From: Corallochytrium limacisporum Hawaii
Lineage: Eukaryota; Protista; Pluriformea
Assembly: GCA_002811645.1 (NCBI GenBank)
Contig: PDIP01000067.1
Location: forward strand, 180,829-244,828
Length of the DNA: 64,000 bases
Direction of reading: 5' to 3'
Part shown: piece after piece, positions 42,912 to 54,900 of the stretch
Position numbering within the stretch: position 1 is the first letter of the stretch
Layout: each line of letters opens with the position of its first letter
Position numbers and translations under genes: made by a program
The notes under the pieces: model-generated
What the model was told of the DNA's origin: nothing
What the model saw: only the letters and a program-made list of their open reading frames with translations
Database searches by the model: none

Positions 42912-44834
42912 ATGTTCCGGCAGGTTTCGTCTGTGGTGTCTCACCGTGGAGCGATCCGAATAGCATCACGTCACCCGACCGCTGGCCTCATTAACAGATC
43001 CAGATGTGTAACCCCTGTACTCTTGCACTGCTGGAATGAGTCTTTGTTTGCCGGCAGCAAACGATCCAATCACCAATATGCGCCCTTTCGCGGTGTAAAG
43101 AAAGGACGAAGAGTTTCTGTTACACTTCGTAAGGCTATTTATGATATCCAGCAGGGAACGAAAACTGGTGACTTTGACATGGTTGAAAGCCTCGTCCGCG
43201 GACTAAAACTCGGTGAAGAAGACGGAGATACCATGGTGAGGGAGACATGGCAGCCGTGGCTATACATGACGAGTCACTATGCGCCACAAAAGCTCATTGA
43301 CACAGAATGGAACGAGTATCTTGCCTGGTGCTCTGAGAAAGGTCTGGAACCGCTTAATTCAGATCATATGCTGTACGTAAAGGCACTCAGTCGGCTGGGC
43401 CGATTGAACGATGCTTTTGAATATCTGGAAAATTATGAAAAAGCTCTGGAAACGGATGGAAAGCGGACTGATGGCAAACACAAACTCCAAGCACGTCATT
43501 TTGGTGCAATTCTGGAGAGTGTTTGCGATCGGGGAGAGTGGGATCTTATTGTGGAGGCATACGAGCGCATCCACTCATACAATTTGGAGCCACTAGAGAA
43601 GCATTTCATGGTTATGTTCGACGCTGCGATGCAGCCCAACGCTCCAAAGACGTACAAACAACAGATTCTGCACCTTATTTTGCAAGACCTTCGTCAAACA
43701 TACGTTTACGGGCTTACCAAGCCTCTGTACCACCAAGTCGCTGATTTCTTGCTTGATGCCGCGATTCCACCAGCGGTTGTGTTCGGGGAAGACAACGTCG
43801 TACAACCTGACAAGTATAGTGTACGGCACACAACCATAACTAATCAGGGAATCTGCCGCAATTGCAACCAACCCCTAGAACGTGCATACATGAGCACTGA
43901 TGAGAAGGCCAAGCTTCTGAACGAAATTGAGACCATGATGCAGCTGGATGACGTTCACCAGACGCATATGGCGCATCTGAGGGTGTTTCATGAACACCTT
44001 CGAGACTATGGACCATTCAACGCAATAGTAGATGGCATGAACGTTGGCTATGAAACTATGCGTGCAAACCATCAACGGCCCAACTCGAGTAAAATTTTCC
44101 GTCAAATTGACTGGTCATGGGATCGCATTGCAGACTGCGCGGATGCCTTGCTGAGGAGAAAGTTGTTTCCTCTCATCCTGGTCAAGAATCACACCATTCA
44201 ACCATTTCGCAAACTGCTGCCGCAACAGTATTGTGATCAAATGGATCGCTATCTGGACTCGGATCGCAAGAGACGTATACCCAATATCTACTCCTCGGAC
44301 CGTGATTATGAACGCGCTGCAGAAATTGTAACGGAACTGATGAACAGGCACATGCTCTTCCCCATCCCGGACCAGGCTAGTGACGACTTTTGGATTCTGT
44401 TTGCTGCCGTTCAGGAGAGCAGCGATGTTGTTTTCGTAAGCAACGATCAAATGCGCGACCATCGGCAGATGCTCAGTCCGCAGGGGGTTTCGGCATTGCG
44501 GAAGTGGCAACGAATTCATCAGTGCTTCCACAAAGCACTCATACCCAGCGGGGTACAGCTCTACCCTCCATTTGATTATGATACTCAAATTCAGTCCGAC
44601 AAATACGGTACCATCCACATACCACCAGCTCTGATTAGCGCTGATGATTTCCACGCAGATATGGTGAACGCACCCAGTCGTACCGTAGGTGACAGAAACC
44701 TGCCTCAAAATAAGCGAACTTCATGGTTGTGCGTTGAGCCGCGAACTCGGGATGGAACGGCTGTTCTGGATCTCAAGCCTCTTGATGCACTTGATGTTCA
44801 CAACGAGAAGGTTAAAGGGGAAGATACAAATTAG
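42912..44834 (+). CDS. PRORP: Protein-only RNase P (PPR-like repeats + NYN metallonuclease), probably mitochondrial
   Basis: Basic presequence, helical repeats, GICRNC, IVDGMNVG, DDFWILFAA, VSNDQMRDH, HIP...WLC. Confidence 0.92.
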   Translation: MFRQVSSVVSHRGAIRIASRHPTAGLINRSRCVTPVLLHCWNESLFAGSKRSNHQYAPFRGVKKGRRVSVTLRKAIYDIQQGTKTGDFDMVESLVRGLKLGEEDGDTMVRETWQPWLYMTSHYAPQKLIDTEWNEYLAWCSEKGLEPLNSDHMLYVKALSRLGRLNDAFEYLENYEKALETDGKRTDGKHKLQARHFGAILESVCDRGEWDLIVEAYERIHSYNLEPLEKHFMVMFDAAMQPNAPKTYKQQILHLILQDLRQTYVYGLTKPLYHQVADFLLDAAIPPAVVFGEDNVVQPDKYSVRHTTITNQGICRNCNQPLERAYMSTDEKAKLLNEIETMMQLDDVHQTHMAHLRVFHEHLRDYGPFNAIVDGMNVGYETMRANHQRPNSSKIFRQIDWSWDRIADCADALLRRKLFPLILVKNHTIQPFRKLLPQQYCDQMDRYLDSDRKRRIPNIYSSDRDYERAAEIVTELMNRHMLFPIPDQASDDFWILFAAVQESSDVVFVSNDQMRDHRQMLSPQGVSALRKWQRIHQCFHKALIPSGVQLYPPFDYDTQIQSDKYGTIHIPPALISADDFHADMVNAPSRTVGDRNLPQNKRTSWLCVEPRTRDGTAVLDLKPLDALDVHNEKVKGEDTN

Positions 44835-44918
44835 TCATCACCATCTGCTTTGCAAGCTGTATTTTAACATGATTACAAAAGCTCATTGTACATAGCGCAT
44901 TCAGCGCCATCCAAGACT

Positions 44919-47783
44919 CTAGGCTGTCACTATGGCTTTTTCTGCCATGTTTCGAACCTGCCTCTCGAACTTGGCAATTTCTTCGTCCTTGGCGTACAAG
45001 TCGGCCCCAGTGGTCGGTACCGCGTCTTCGTCCTGGAGACATATTCTTTCAGCAGAATGGAAAGCGTCACCTTCTAGGAGCGCCTGGGCGGAGTGGAGGT
45101 GCTTCTTTCGTGCACGTTTGTTGGCCGTTTTCACGATAGCACCATTGCGCATGAGGAACCACTGAGCTTTTAGAACGTCCCCGAGGTCGTCTAAAGCGTC
45201 ATCCAGTTTGCTTCTGCGGAGGGTGACCTCGTAAGCCTGGTTCATGGACCTCAACAACATGCCTGAGCGAATGTGTCTATTCACATCCGAAATATCCAGC
45301 GCCTTTAGAAGTGGCTTCATTAGTCTGACAGGGTATAGTGAGACGAAAACAATTTGCACTGGACAATTGTACTCAATCAACCTGGCGATGGTGTTAATGT
45401 CACCCTGCACGATCGGCTGTCTACCACGTTCTATATGGGCCGTGAGCTCCCTTGCCCAGTTGGCCAAAGTCTTTTTGCGGTCCTTTCGGTTCAAGACGCC
45501 AACCTGGACCACTGGCACATTCTCCTCGCCCAGCAATTCCTGCAGCGATTTGACAATAGGCCGCTGCATCATTCGGGCGAACGGATATTTTGCTTCTACC
45601 GGACCCACAAGAGCAATGGGTCTCACAAGCGGGTGCACTTCGTGATCTTTTCCTCGAAGACCCGCACGTGTGTTCTTCTCTGTGCCCATCCTGAGTCTCA
45701 TGCGGTTCCAAAGAGCTCTCGCCTTAGACTCAGTGCTGGAATTTGCAGCATTGATCATCTTAGGAAGGACATTCTGGAGCAGTTCCACGGCTGCTTGGTG
45801 CTTTAGTCGGCGCCTTGTTGCCGGCTGAAGGCTCGTCAGTCCAGCAAAACCGAAAGGATTGGCAAGTGCAGTAGTGCTGACCGTTGCGAGGGAAGAGAGA
45901 GACTCCACAGATGATCTCGTTGATCCAGTATCGTTCACGCTGGCCGTGTCACGGAGTTCATTGGCAGAGCCTGTGCCGTCCAGGGAGACTTTGGTAGTCC
46001 TCGCTCGTGAAGCGTCCGTATCGTTGTTATCTCTAGAGTCAGTTCGTTCCTCGACACCCTCCGTCAGCAGAACTTCCTCGTTGAAGCGAACCAGGGACCT
46101 CCTGGTGCCATCCCGAGTCATTGCAAGAGAGTTAGAGCGAATCATTCCTTCTTTCTCCTCTGTGAGCATAGACAAGGAAGTTCGATGGCTCGCAGTCGAT
46201 AAGGATTCCTGTTGGGTATGAGCGGCTGACAATGAATGCTGCTCAAACATGTCCTCCATTTTCGATTGCACTTCCTTCCTATTTCCGATGGGCTTAAGGA
46301 AATGTTTGCGGTGTCCCTTCTTCTCAGGATTCCGCAGAAGGTGACTTGATGAGCTGGGCAGAGAGTGAGCGGACTGGCGCTCTGAAAGTGACCGTGGTAC
46401 AGGAACAGACTGTGTGGATGAGTTAGGGGTCAACTTACGTCCACGTTCAACCTTTCCAGCAGTGTCAAAACCACCCACATTGGACGGGTCGGACGAACCA
46501 AGATTAGATTTGGCCTGAATGTCGCTGATCCCTATCTCTGTTAACGACCCGTTTTCTGGACTCTTCCCCTTCTTATTCTTCCTTTCTTTCAGCTGATGTT
46601 TGTCCTCTTTGTATTTATACCTCGCTGACTTGATGAGATTATGATGGTTCATGAGCTCATCCGCTACATCGAACTCATCATCGTCATCATATTCGTGATT
46701 TGAGACACTTCCTCGACTATCACGACCACTAGAAATGCTTACACGAACATGTGTGGTCCCATTTGCTGTAGCAATTATTGGATCGTTCGGATCCGTTGAT
46801 GTCAAATACTCTACCTCTGACGACTCAGTTGTGAGTTGACTTGCGGGCTTTTGCCGCTTGAGTCTCCTTTGCCTCCTTTCTTCGGCTCTCGATCTATCGA
46901 TGGCATCTTCCATCGCTTGCAGCTGAACGCGACCACAGGTGGCGATATGCTCCGCAGTGGGAAGTAGACCGATGTTCATGCCGTATGAAAGACTGACCTT
47001 TGTGCATACTGGGCTACAAATAAGCCAATGAGCATCAATAGCTGCTATAACGACGAAAGTATCACCTGGACTGCAAGCAAGACCCACCGATTGCAGATTC
47101 AGAACACGAAGCACAGGATCTTTTGTGGCTTGCCAATGTTGACGAACTCGGATGATGAAGCGGGCCTTGCCCTCATTTTGTAAGTAGTATTTGGTGGTCT
47201 CAGCAAATCTTTGTCTAAAGTCGCCCTGCCAGCAGGTGCAAGTACCAAAAACTGAGGTTGCAAGGCCCAAAACTGGGGAGGTTTGATCGATATCATTGAA
47301 TACAAGTTTCCGAAACTTCAAAGGAATCTCTGCATCTGTAACGTTTTGGATCGAATTGGCCATCCAATCTACAAACTGACCAAACCTCGTCTGCTGAAGA
47401 CTGTGATAGTCTGCTATACCGTATAATGAGTCCAACTCATCCCCTGATCTGTTGGTCTGAGGAGGAGAAAGGCTTGTGTTTGACGGGACTGGAATGACTA
47501 TGTCCTCTGTGTCCGGCAACGGATTTGAAGTGGGTTTCACACTCGTGGGACCATTCATTGCTGTCTCATTCCCCTGCTCCTCTTGTTCCCAACCGTTCAT
47601 AGACATGAAGCTCCCTAAAGCACGAGACATCACGTCTTGTACAATCCCAGCAGCTATGTCCTGGTGTGAATCACCAGGTTGATCTGCCATGTATTCGACA
47701 TGATGGGCCACGGCGTTGCGCACAGCTTTACTGACAACTATATGTGCACAACCGTGCACATCTGACAGACCTGCTAATTCCAT
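44919..47783 (-). CDS. Voltage-gated calcium channel beta-subunit-like MAGUK (split SH3 - long HOOK - GK)
   Basis: FIIRVR...GDTFVV..IDAHWLI...IGLLPT (SH3); HEVHPLVRPIALVGP..KY.FARMMQ (cf. [27 protein letters not shown]); YEVTLRRSKLDDALDDLGDVLKAQW (cf. [25 protein letters not shown]). Confidence 0.8.
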   Translation of the reverse strand: MELAGLSDVHGCAHIVVSKAVRNAVAHHVEYMADQPGDSHQDIAAGIVQDVMSRALGSFMSMNGWEQEEQGNETAMNGPTSVKPTSNPLPDTEDIVIPVPSNTSLSPPQTNRSGDELDSLYGIADYHSLQQTRFGQFVDWMANSIQNVTDAEIPLKFRKLVFNDIDQTSPVLGLATSVFGTCTCWQGDFRQRFAETTKYYLQNEGKARFIIRVRQHWQATKDPVLRVLNLQSVGLACSPGDTFVVIAAIDAHWLICSPVCTKVSLSYGMNIGLLPTAEHIATCGRVQLQAMEDAIDRSRAEERRQRRLKRQKPASQLTTESSEVEYLTSTDPNDPIIATANGTTHVRVSISSGRDSRGSVSNHEYDDDDEFDVADELMNHHNLIKSARYKYKEDKHQLKERKNKKGKSPENGSLTEIGISDIQAKSNLGSSDPSNVGGFDTAGKVERGRKLTPNSSTQSVPVPRSLSERQSAHSLPSSSSHLLRNPEKKGHRKHFLKPIGNRKEVQSKMEDMFEQHSLSAAHTQQESLSTASHRTSLSMLTEEKEGMIRSNSLAMTRDGTRRSLVRFNEEVLLTEGVEERTDSRDNNDTDASRARTTKVSLDGTGSANELRDTASVNDTGSTRSSVESLSSLATVSTTALANPFGFAGLTSLQPATRRRLKHQAAVELLQNVLPKMINAANSSTESKARALWNRMRLRMGTEKNTRAGLRGKDHEVHPLVRPIALVGPVEAKYPFARMMQRPIVKSLQELLGEENVPVVQVGVLNRKDRKKTLANWARELTAHIERGRQPIVQGDINTIARLIEYNCPVQIVFVSLYPVRLMKPLLKALDISDVNRHIRSGMLLRSMNQAYEVTLRRSKLDDALDDLGDVLKAQWFLMRNGAIVKTANKRARKKHLHSAQALLEGDAFHSAERICLQDEDAVPTTGADLYAKDEEIAKFERQVRNMAEKAIVTA

Positions 47784-48380
47784 GGTGTGTCAGAAAGGAG
47801 CCAGACACTATTCATAACGGCTAAAATGGCCACTCCTCATCCTATGCGTAACCTCATTCTTGTGTCCTGGATGTCAATCTGGCCTATAAATCCAAGGCAC
47901 AAGTCTATCATATTCTCACGGATACAAAATCAATGATGATCTCCCAAACCGACAGCCAACTTAACCATCACGTTTTGGAAATACCCTGACCGGGACCATT
48001 GATAGCACCTTATCTAGTTAACTGTGCTCCACGTCGGTCATTCTTCTCTCCCCTCCCCCCATCCCCCGGGGGGGGGCTGCTGGGGGCTGGATTCCTTCCT
48101 TTGCAAGGTTTTCGTTTCCTGTCCGGAAATTAAGACCGGCTCACAATGACTCCAACACGAAGATCTCGTACGACCTGTACTACCCGCTTGGGTTTGAACG
48201 GTCGCGCCGTCGGACGCGCCCCGTATCTGGAGGGGGTGGGCTGGACAAGGGTCCAAAGAAAGAAGGAAAATTAAAGAGTAAAAAACCAAATGGACGAAAA
48301 CAAAAGAGATGCCTAGAGCGGACGGACGGCTCCGCACTGCCAGCCACTCTCGTCCTCGGCCCCCCCCCCCTTTGCCCCCC

Positions 48381-48620
48381 NNNNNNNNNNNNNNNNNNNN
48401 NNNNNNNNNNNNNNNNNNNNNNNNNNNNNNNNNNNNNNNNNNNNNNNNNNNNNNNNNNNNNNNNNNNNNNNNNNNNNNNNNNNNNNNNNNNNNNNNNNNN
48501 NNNNNNNNNNNNNNNNNNNNNNNNNNNNNNNNNNNNNNNNNNNNNNNNNNNNNNNNNNNNNNNNNNNNNNNNNNNNNNNNNNNNNNNNNNNNNNNNNNNN
48601 NNNNNNNNNNNNNNNNNNNN
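48381..48620. other. Assembly gap flanked by C/G runs
   Basis: N run. Confidence 0.99.
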
Positions 48621-49219
48621 CCCGCGGGGGGTCCCCCGTTGCGGCCTATCGTTTTTATGGGGGCCTATTTTTCGCATCCCCAGCAGACTCCCCGCTCTCC
48701 GCTCGACCGAAGCATTCGCCGCGATGACACTGGCTACCCGCGCAAGTACGGGCCTCCACACTTTCCCCTCCCCGTTGGAGCCGTCCCAGAATACCAAAGG
48801 GGCCTTAGTGGCCCGCAGGGCCCTACTGCATATTCTTGCTGCAACCGAGCGCGCACCCCCCGACTGCGCAGAGACCTAAGAAATTTGCGACCAGTGTCGG
48901 TGTACCACAGTAGCGGGAGCCAAATCCGCCATTACCAGGGGTGCGCGCCACCGGTGGGGAGGCGAAGTAGTCGCGTCATTTTGGAAACCGGTTGTCCCAT
49001 TGACAACCATCGCAAACACGGGGCGGGGATTATGGGATAAAGCGATGCAGGGGTTTGTGGCTGATGGGACGAGGTCGAAAAGCGACAGGCACTATACAGA
49101 TTCAATTTTCTTTGTTACGGTATGTGGTATACAGGTATATCGAGGTAAGAATCCATGTAGGTATCGAAGGGAATACTGATTGCTTCATGTATGGATGAGG
49201 AACCACAAACTCTACCACC

Positions 49220-49951
49220 ATGGCGGATTCTGGACTAGAACGCTATGTGCTTAATTCCGTGACCCTCTTCATCGAGGGTTTCAACTGGCTTATCTTTACT
49301 CAGGGATGTACTTACCTGTACTTTATTTTCATGATCACAGATCTTAGACAACTACAGGGCGGTCGGCAGTTCACTCTGAAACATCCTCTGACGTCTTACA
49401 TCACCGCTGTCCTCGTATGCCTCGGCAGCACAGTTGTTACTGGGCTACTGACTGGAACACCAGCAATACCCCTAGACAGTTCAACCAACTACATAGCCAT
49501 CTTCGTAATTTGGTACGTCATTTTCTTTATTCCAAAAGGATTCGCTATCTCACGGTACACACCCCTCTATCAGACTGGTGAGTTCTTTACTCGCATTCGA
49601 CGAGTGGCGCAAATCTGCCGAGGCATTAACATGGCGACTGGCATTATTCCCAAAATTATTGTGGGGACCTTCAAGGCTCAGGGATCCATCTTCATGAGTC
49701 GAATGGTCCTGCACCTCATCAAGCGCAATGACACGGCCAAAGAGGCAAAGTATCATGTGTTTCCAGCCACATTCAAATGGTGCCTTTACGCATCAATGTT
49801 GTTAGTCCTCTGGGAGGAGCAGTTGCTTCCGTTTTCCGCCACCTACGATATTAAGTACTTACGCTTTGGCCTCATCATGTTTATGGCAAACATGCACTAC
49901 GACGCCCTCAATGGCCTCGAAGCTGCTGCCTCGGCAATTTTCCTCCGGTAG
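49220..49951 (+). CDS. TMEM38: Trimeric intracellular cation channel (TRIC)
   Basis: Multi-pass hydrophobic protein; HPLTSYITAVLVCLGS...LLTGTP, WYVIFF.P, RRVAQICRGI, VGTFKAQG, FKWCLYAS. Confidence 0.85.
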   Translation: MADSGLERYVLNSVTLFIEGFNWLIFTQGCTYLYFIFMITDLRQLQGGRQFTLKHPLTSYITAVLVCLGSTVVTGLLTGTPAIPLDSSTNYIAIFVIWYVIFFIPKGFAISRYTPLYQTGEFFTRIRRVAQICRGINMATGIIPKIIVGTFKAQGSIFMSRMVLHLIKRNDTAKEAKYHVFPATFKWCLYASMLLVLWEEQLLPFSATYDIKYLRFGLIMFMANMHYDALNGLEAAASAIFLR

Positions 49952-50048
49952 TATGAACATTCTAATGTCGATTCAAAATAAGAATAAAACATACCACATG
50001 AAACTGCTACTTTCCCATTAGTGCGAGCAATCGGATAACTCTTCAAAT

Positions 50049-50408
50049 CTACTTTTTAGCAGGCTGCTGCGGGTTCAGGACCTGGCGCTGCTGGTTCATA
50101 ATCTGCTTCTGCTCCTGCTCCCACATGATGAGCTGTTGTTCCTTTTCAACCTCGAAGATGAGAGGTACCAACAGGACGACAGCAGAGGTGCTGAGGATCC
50201 ATGCTGCAGACCCACTGACGCTGTAGGCCTTCTTTGCACCGGCACTCAGAACCTCATAGGAATTAGCCAGGAAGGTCCGAGGTCCCTCAGGAATCATTTC
50301 GGTGAGACCAACTAGACGCTCATAGAGGGTCTCGTCTCCGTCAAAAACGCTGTCATCGATCTCCTCGATCTTAGCCTGCTTCTTGCTTCCTTTCTTTCCC
50401 TTAGCCAT
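50049..50408 (-). CDS. TOMM22: Mitochondrial import receptor Tom22
   Basis: DETLYERLVGLTEMIPE, AWILSTSAVVLLVPLIFEVEK; start taken at MAKGKK. Confidence 0.93.
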   Translation of the reverse strand: MAKGKKGSKKQAKIEEIDDSVFDGDETLYERLVGLTEMIPEGPRTFLANSYEVLSAGAKKAYSVSGSAAWILSTSAVVLLVPLIFEVEKEQQLIMWEQEQKQIMNQQRQVLNPQQPAKK

Positions 50409-51915
50409 TTTGAATTGTCTGATATGGATGAACCTTGGGACAATATAATATAATCTTGTTCCAAGCGTGCAACGGCTCCTTGAGGGTTCAAGATGAAAAA
50501 GTTTTAAGTACGTAGTCGCAATTGCTATTATTGAGTGCAGACAACAACAAGCAACACGTCCAGCGCATTCACTAGAGGTTCTGTTTTTTTCACGGCACAT
50601 AGGTCCCAGGTTATCCACGCCAACCAGGGGGCGAATTTCCCGTCATTGCCGACATACCGTCCTGGGAACTACACACCTCTACACCGACCCAAGACCCGAC
50701 AAGACCACAGCCATACTCCAATACAGAACGCTCTGACGTTTGTCCCCAGTTTCTTCTCCCACCTTCCCAGCGATGGGCCTGCCACCGCACAAACACACGT
50801 GGATTGCCTGAACCCTCTTGACCACCTTCCTAAGTAAATGTACTATACCTGTGCCCATCCGTATATCATGAATGCAACTAGCCTCGGAAATGGTCCCAAT
50901 TCTTTTTTCAAAAAGGCGATGTAAAGTATATCAAATATAGTTTTTGGATCAGCGTGTTCGAAAACTGCTCACTAGGTGGTATCACTTGACTCCTTGGCTC
51001 AACATGATTCAGCTAGGTTCTCGACCTTAGGATACATTTCTCATGAGATGCAAGATGCCGGTCATCAGGAGTGTCCAAAACCCAGGCGAAGATAATCTTG
51101 TCTCCGGCCATCTGCTTATGGCGTGCCCAAGGGAGTGGAAGGTCTTGAAAGCCACCTTGAGCTGCACGCACGCACCGCGACCCCATTTGCGGCCGAAGTG
51201 ACGTGCTCGGAACTTGGTGGTATTGCCCTGCAGGTTGGGAAGCCGGGGAGAGTAGCGCCTGCAGCTCGGGCTTTCGCCCCCTCCCTTTTGAACCGTGTTC
51301 CTCGCCTTCCCCGACATCGATTTCGCAAGTGAAAGTATGGGGTACGGTGCGCTAGTGAAGTTGCAATTTCTATGCGAAATATTTCCTCTCTCTTTTCTTG
51401 GGGACCCAACCACCCCCCCCCCCCTCCCGAAGGGGGCTGGCGGGATGGGCTCCTCACCTCATCGCCCTTCGAAACTGACTCAGGAGATCCAAAAATGGCG
51501 TGCCGCGCGCTTGCCGATTTTAATTTTCAATTTTCAAAACCCGATATGAAGGGCGTGTCGGCAACGTTTCCTTCGGGAACGCTGGGGAGAGGGACGGCCC
51601 TCCTTTGCAACCACGGGGAATCCGGACGGGCGAGTGCGTCCTGCGACACCGTGAACGCGGGGATGGTCCAGGAGGAGCTGTATAGGTCGTGACATCTATA
51701 TATTTGTCATCAAGGTTGAAAGAATAGCCTATTTCTGTGCAAAGTCCAATTCGTTTGAATGATGCTGACTTGCGAGGGCGAAAGAAAGGGAGAAGGCCAC
51801 AGAAACGCGTGAGATTCCGATGTTTCTGCAGAAGGACGATGTGACACTTGTGCCACACATAGCATGAACATGTGATTAGGACATCTGTGTAGATATCTGA
51901 TGAACTAAATTAGCT

Positions 51916-54900
51916 ATGGCTGATCCAGAGGGAGAATTTAGCTCTCCAGAAAGCCAACCCCTAGTCGCAGGGCAAAGCTGTGGCGATTGTAGGGACAGCA
52001 TATTCAATGCCGCACTGGAGGGACATTTACCATGTCTAAAGTTTATTGTTGAAGACCTTGGTACAGATCCAGATGTACAGGATGAAGATGGTGAGAGTCC
52101 TGTACAGCTTGCTGCCAGTGGTGGTCACTTGGAATGCCTTGAATACTTGGTTCGCGACCGGAACGCTGACGTAGACGTAAAAGACGTGGAGGGATCTACT
52201 CCCTGCCACTGGGCTGCCAGAAACGGATATTTGCATTGCTTACGATTCCTCCATGAGTCAGGTGCAAATTTCAATTTGAGGGATAATGACGGTGATACCC
52301 CAGCAGCACTTGCTGCATTTGATGGGCATTTGAATTGTCTGCAGTTTCTCACATCGGAATTGAAGGTTGACATTGACACACGGAATAGTTATGGTAGCAC
52401 AATGGTTCATGCAGCGGCCCGTAATGGACATATTCGGTGCCTTACGTATTTGATTAACATCTTGCAATGCGACAAGGACGTGGTGAATGAAAACGGAAAG
52501 ACTCCATTGCACTTAGCCTGCGCTGGTGGTCATCTCAGCTGCGTCCGTTTCTTGATAGAAGAATGCGGTGCCAATGTTAAAGCAGAAGACAAAGAAGGTA
52601 ACACACCATTGCATTGGGCTGCACAAGGGGGACATATTAGCAGTGTCCGGTTCCTTATGGAAGAATGTGGCGCAGACTGCAACAAACTAAATGCAGAGAA
52701 GGAGACACCCATTTACTGGGCTGCATCCAACGGGTCGGTAAATTGCCTGCGCTATATGATAAATGAATGCCGAGGCGATGCCAGCATTAAGGAATCTTCA
52801 GGATTGACGCCAGCTCATATCGCTGCTCAAGAGGGTCACGTAGGATGCTTGAGATTTTTATTGGAAGAGGGACACAGTGACCTAGACACGAGGGACCACA
52901 CAGGACAGACTGTAATGCACTATGCGGTTCGATCAGGGGAATTGAAGATAGTCAAATATCTTGTAGAAGATGCCCAGGCAGATGTGCATGTTAAGGACAA
53001 CCAGGGCAACACCTGCATTCATATAGCCGCCACCGAAGATGACTTTGCGATTCTCCGCTATCTGGTGGTTGAATTGGGTGCTGAGACCGGGATTGCAAAC
53101 GATGAGGGAAATCTGCCATTCCAATTGGCAACTGATCCCAAGTGCAAAGCTGTTCTACAAAGCGCCTTGAAGCTGCGCAATGACCACTTGCTTACTCAGC
53201 TATCAAAGGCAGAAGAAGAAATCAACAGTATGAGGCAGCAGCTGAATGACCGGGCGGCATCCGGACTAGATAGAGCTTCTGCGACTGATCAAGCCTCCGG
53301 TGATCGTGCTACCACCATCCTCAAGAGTGACGTGCCTGGTCATTTGTGGGATGTGTTCACACATATCCGGCAAACCTACGCAACCATCGGTGATGCAAGC
53401 AGGACGGCAAGTTTCACCAGAGACAGCATGGATTCTTCCGGTGACATTGAAGAACCCATTCGGAAGAAAGTGAAGCTTACAGACGTGAAAAGTGGCGACG
53501 TTTCCGTAGTCAAACAGGAAATGGATGTAGACGACAAAACGGAAACCAGGGGTCGACGGAAGATTCCTGAAAATCGACCACGCCTTAATTTGGACCAGAT
53601 GTCTGACCATGTCCGGTCACTGCTGGATGTCCGTCGAGGATTCCATTTACCCCCCGATTTGGCGTGGCTTATTGGTCGTACAAGGGAAATCATCAATACC
53701 ATGATATACCAGCCGGGATCTCAGCAGGGCAGTGCACCTGTTGATGATGCTCTTCTGCACAAGGAACAAAGGATCAGCAGACATGCAAACAAGGTTCGGC
53801 ATATTGTGAAACACATCATTCAGGATGAGAATGCCAAGGCCCGAGGGGATAAAGACCTGATCGGTGATAGCAGTAGTGAACAGACGACGGGGTCCGCAAG
53901 CCCTCAGAAGAATGTCAAAGAAGGTGAAAAAGTGAACACGGATGGTGCAGCTGGCGACAACAAGGTTCCCACTCTGACCGAGCTCGAATCCGAGCGTGCC
54001 AAGCGTGACATGGCACGAAATGACTTCTTGGCGTCGTTGCAAGAAGAATACCACAAAACCTCTAGAATCTGTGAGGACATGGAGCGCTTCATCAAAGAGC
54101 TGCCTATGATGCGCAAGCTGTACGGTGAGCTCATGGAAGGTATCGGAACCGAACAGGTGAACATGCCCGAAGAGTTGGCTGTTGTGCGGTCCAAGGATGC
54201 TGGTCGCATTCGTCTGGAAGGTGAAATTCGCACAGTAGAAGAATGGTTGAGTAGTCATGGCAAGGACCTGGAGTCGGCTATGGCCTATACCGATTTTATT
54301 CTGTACATTCTTGAAGACGCCATCACCAAAGAAACTAAGCTTTTGGAAAAGGCCATGACCGCCGCAACACCCATCCGTCGGTTTGCTAGTGTTGCTCGGT
54401 ATTGCCTCCACCAAACGGAATCTCATGCAACGAACAATGCAATGATCACGTGGTGGAAGAGCCGTCAGGCAGAACTGGAAGTTAAGCTGCGGCACGCCAA
54501 CGAGGTCAAGTCTAAGGAAGAATCGTCGCGAGCGCTGCTGAATGAAATGGAAAAGATCAAAGGCAATATTTTGGAATCAAAGGCCAAGGTCTTTGAGCTG
54601 CAGGCGCAAGAAGCACGAGCCACTGCCAGAGGTGCAAGTATGGAGAAGCTGGAGGAAATCAGGTGCATGCGGGAGGAGATGGAAGCCAGCATCAACACGG
54701 ACAATGAGAAGTTACTCGAGTGGCAGACCTTGCGTGCTGACTTGGGACAATCGTTCTTCCCGGAGCTGCAGCTGCAGGATGACACACGGCTGATGAATGT
54801 TGGTGTGCTAGGTACTTCAAGGTCGGGAGGCAATCTCGCAAGCACATCTTCCAACAACGCGCTTCCTCGGGCACTTATTCAGAGTGGTCGCTATATTGAA

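Noticed and set aside
50409-50618. N-terminal extension of the TOM22 ORF
   Set aside because: Not Tom22-like and begins at a non-ATG codon; the ATG at 50408 gives a normal-sized protein.
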